29,040 bases of DNA, from the NCBI GenBank assembly GCA_041548245.1, contig JBFESZ010000015.1, positions 1 through 29,040 of the forward strand, in the 5' to 3' direction. This stretch comes from Sulfurimonadaceae bacterium (GTDB lineage Bacteria > Campylobacterota > Campylobacteria > Campylobacterales > Sulfurimonadaceae). This document shows positions 27,369 through 29,040 of the stretch, piece after piece. Within the stretch, counting starts at the first letter, position 1. Each line of letters opens with the position of its first letter. A program made the translations under genes and the position numbers. The notes below the pieces were generated by a model. It was given only the letters and a program-made list of their open reading frames with translations, ran no database searches and had not been told where the DNA came from.

Positions 27369-27851
27369 ATGCTAAATTTTAAAAAGACTCATGCCCCCTT
27401 GTTTATCGCCGACTGTCATTTGGGAAAGTTAAGCAAGTATCTTCGCTTTATGGGGTATGACACCCTCTATTTCCCACAGATAGATGATAATGACCTTATT
27501 GAACTTGCAAATAGAGATAACCGTATTGTCTTGACACGTGACAGAGAGTTGTCAGAGCGCAAAAAGGCTCACTGTATTTTGCTGCAATCCGTTAATACGG
27601 AAGGGCAGCTTCAAGAGCTGATGGGAACCTATGATCTAAAACCTGAGAGTTCCTCTTATAGTCGATGTATTATCTGTAATGAACCTCTTGTTAAAGTCGA
27701 CAAACAAGATGTCATTGAAAAGCTTCCTGTAAAAGTCATCACACATTTTTCCTATTTTGAGACGTGCAAGCAGTGTGGCCGTATCTATTGGCATGGTGAT
27801 CATTATAAACGGATGAAAGCGACAATTGAAAGAATTTCAGGCTCAGTTTGA
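27369..27851 (+). CDS. Mut7-C RNase (PIN-like) domain protein with Zn ribbon
   Basis: FIADCHLGKL.KYLR..GYDT, RIVLTRD, RCIICN, CKQCGRIYWHGDH. Confidence 0.92.
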   Translation: MLNFKKTHAPLFIADCHLGKLSKYLRFMGYDTLYFPQIDDNDLIELANRDNRIVLTRDRELSERKKAHCILLQSVNTEGQLQELMGTYDLKPESSSYSRCIICNEPLVKVDKQDVIEKLPVKVITHFSYFETCKQCGRIYWHGDHYKRMKATIERISGSV

Positions 27852-27903
27852 TTTATGTGAAGCTTATTTATAATTGATGAAATTAAGCATAAGGGGGAGC
27901 TAC

Positions 27904-28779
27904 ATGAATGATGTACAAAATACGGGTGCGGTAGTGATTGAACAGAGTGCTGAGGTGTACGATCAGACAGGCATGTACGCACAGATGGCTATCGACTTTG
28001 TAGCCGCATACGGGTTAAAGATAATCGGTGCAATTATTATCTTTATTGTGGGTAGATGGGTGGCCAGATGGCTTCAAAATATAGTTGTCAAGCTGATGGA
28101 AAAGAACAAAGTCGACAGTACGCTTGTGAGCTTTATACAGAGTATTGTCTATATCATGATGATGGTGGTGGTCATACTTGCAGCATTGAATGCCGTGGGT
28201 GTTGATACGACATCATTTGCCGCAATTTTGGCAGCCGCAGGTCTGGCAATCGGTCTGGCACTTCAGGGTACACTTGGCAATATCGGTTCTGGCGTGCTGC
28301 TTATCTCTTTTCGACCATTTAATGTCGGGGATATGGTTACAGTCGGAGGAGAGACGGGAACGGTCGCTGCGATCTCAATGTTCGCAACGATACTTCATAC
28401 GGTTGACAACAAGGTCATTACGGTCCCCAACATGGCTGTAACAGGGGGAAATATAACGAACTTCTCTGCACAAAAGACACGCCGTCTCGATCTTGTCTTC
28501 GGGATAGGTTATGATGATGATCTAAGACTTGCCAAAGCGACATTGGAAGAGATCATCAAAGAGGATGAACGTATTCTTGCCGATCCGGAACCTTTTGTCG
28601 GGGTGAAAGAACTGGGAGACTCTTCCGTCAACTTTGCCTTCCGTCCGTGGGTCAAGAGCGAAGATTACTGGCCGGTATACTTTGATATGATGGAGAAGGT
28701 CAAGTTGACCTTTGATGCAAAAGGTATTAGTATTCCATATCCACAAATGGATATCCATTTGAACAAGATTGACAACTAA
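27904..28779 (+). CDS. mscS: Small-conductance mechanosensitive channel
   Basis: AGLAIGLALQGTLGN, RPFNVGD, PN, NFS...RR, GIGYDDD, GISIPYPQ; ATG at 27904 follows an AAGGGGAG RBS. Confidence 0.95.
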   Translation: MNDVQNTGAVVIEQSAEVYDQTGMYAQMAIDFVAAYGLKIIGAIIIFIVGRWVARWLQNIVVKLMEKNKVDSTLVSFIQSIVYIMMMVVVILAALNAVGVDTTSFAAILAAAGLAIGLALQGTLGNIGSGVLLISFRPFNVGDMVTVGGETGTVAAISMFATILHTVDNKVITVPNMAVTGGNITNFSAQKTRRLDLVFGIGYDDDLRLAKATLEEIIKEDERILADPEPFVGVKELGDSSVNFAFRPWVKSEDYWPVYFDMMEKVKLTFDAKGISIPYPQMDIHLNKIDN

Positions 28780-28788
28780 GGAAGAGAT

Positions 28789-29040
28789 ATGAAGAAGAGT
28801 GTATGGCTGGTACCGTTTGTTTTTGCTAGTCTGGTTGCAGCAGAGTTGAGTGATGAAGAGACTACACGGCAGGAAAAGCAAGAGCTAGAAGCAGCCACGG
28901 CCATAGCCAATGAGGCCAAGGCAGAGATAGATGCCGCCAAGGCTAAACTGAAAGCGGCACAAAAGCGTATAGAAAAAGTACAGCAACAAAGTGAAGAGGC
29001 GCGCTATAAGACAAAGACTGAAATATCTTACAGTAATACG
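28789..29040 (+). CDS. Exported protein, 5' part only (truncated by the window); possibly a DUF481-type outer-membrane protein
   Basis: MKKSVWLVPFVFASLVAA signal peptide, Ala/Glu/Lys coiled coil, then TKTEISYSNT; AAGGAAG RBS; frame is open to the window end. The family assignment is tentative. Confidence 0.65.
   Translation, partial: MKKSVWLVPFVFASLVAAELSDEETTRQEKQELEAATAIANEAKAEIDAAKAKLKAAQKRIEKVQQQSEEARYKTKTEISYSNT

Noticed and set aside
1..29040. CRISPR array, IS/transposase, prophage, toxin-antitoxin or defence island
   Set aside because: No regularly spaced repeats, terminal inverted repeats or hallmark genes were found by eye. Intergenic gaps are all short and gene content is largely housekeeping.

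Overview
Mostly core-genome window from a Campylobacterota bacterium, probably Sulfurimonas/Sulfurovum-like. This is inferred from gene content, the speE-coaE-dapF synteny, and TATAAT-type -10 boxes without an obvious -35. It holds a tRNA-Ala(GGC) and about 33 CDS, including dnaG, purT, an Sdh/Frd A-B pair, a CZB-containing chemoreceptor, yajQ, an HD-GYP protein, a SUV3-like helicase, coaE, dapF, moaC, leuC, an NFACT/RqcH-like protein, a Mut7-C RNase and mscS. No mobile element, CRISPR array or recognisable defence island was seen. The most notable observations are: (1) an anchor-less fumarate reductase-like operon with a probable non-covalent FAD (RSQT instead of RSHT), a probable second [4Fe-4S] cluster, and a very acidic 55-aa microprotein gene between the two subunits; (2) at least six apparently leaderless genes, four of them nucleic-acid-processing enzymes; (3) a possible c-di-GMP module (yajQ + HD-GYP + HTH) plus a stand-alone degenerate GGDEF protein that keeps its RxxD site; (4) a single-domain receiver with a Cys-rich insert; (5) a structured, C/U-rich 3' UTR after leuC. 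All functional calls come from motif recognition by eye, not database searches.
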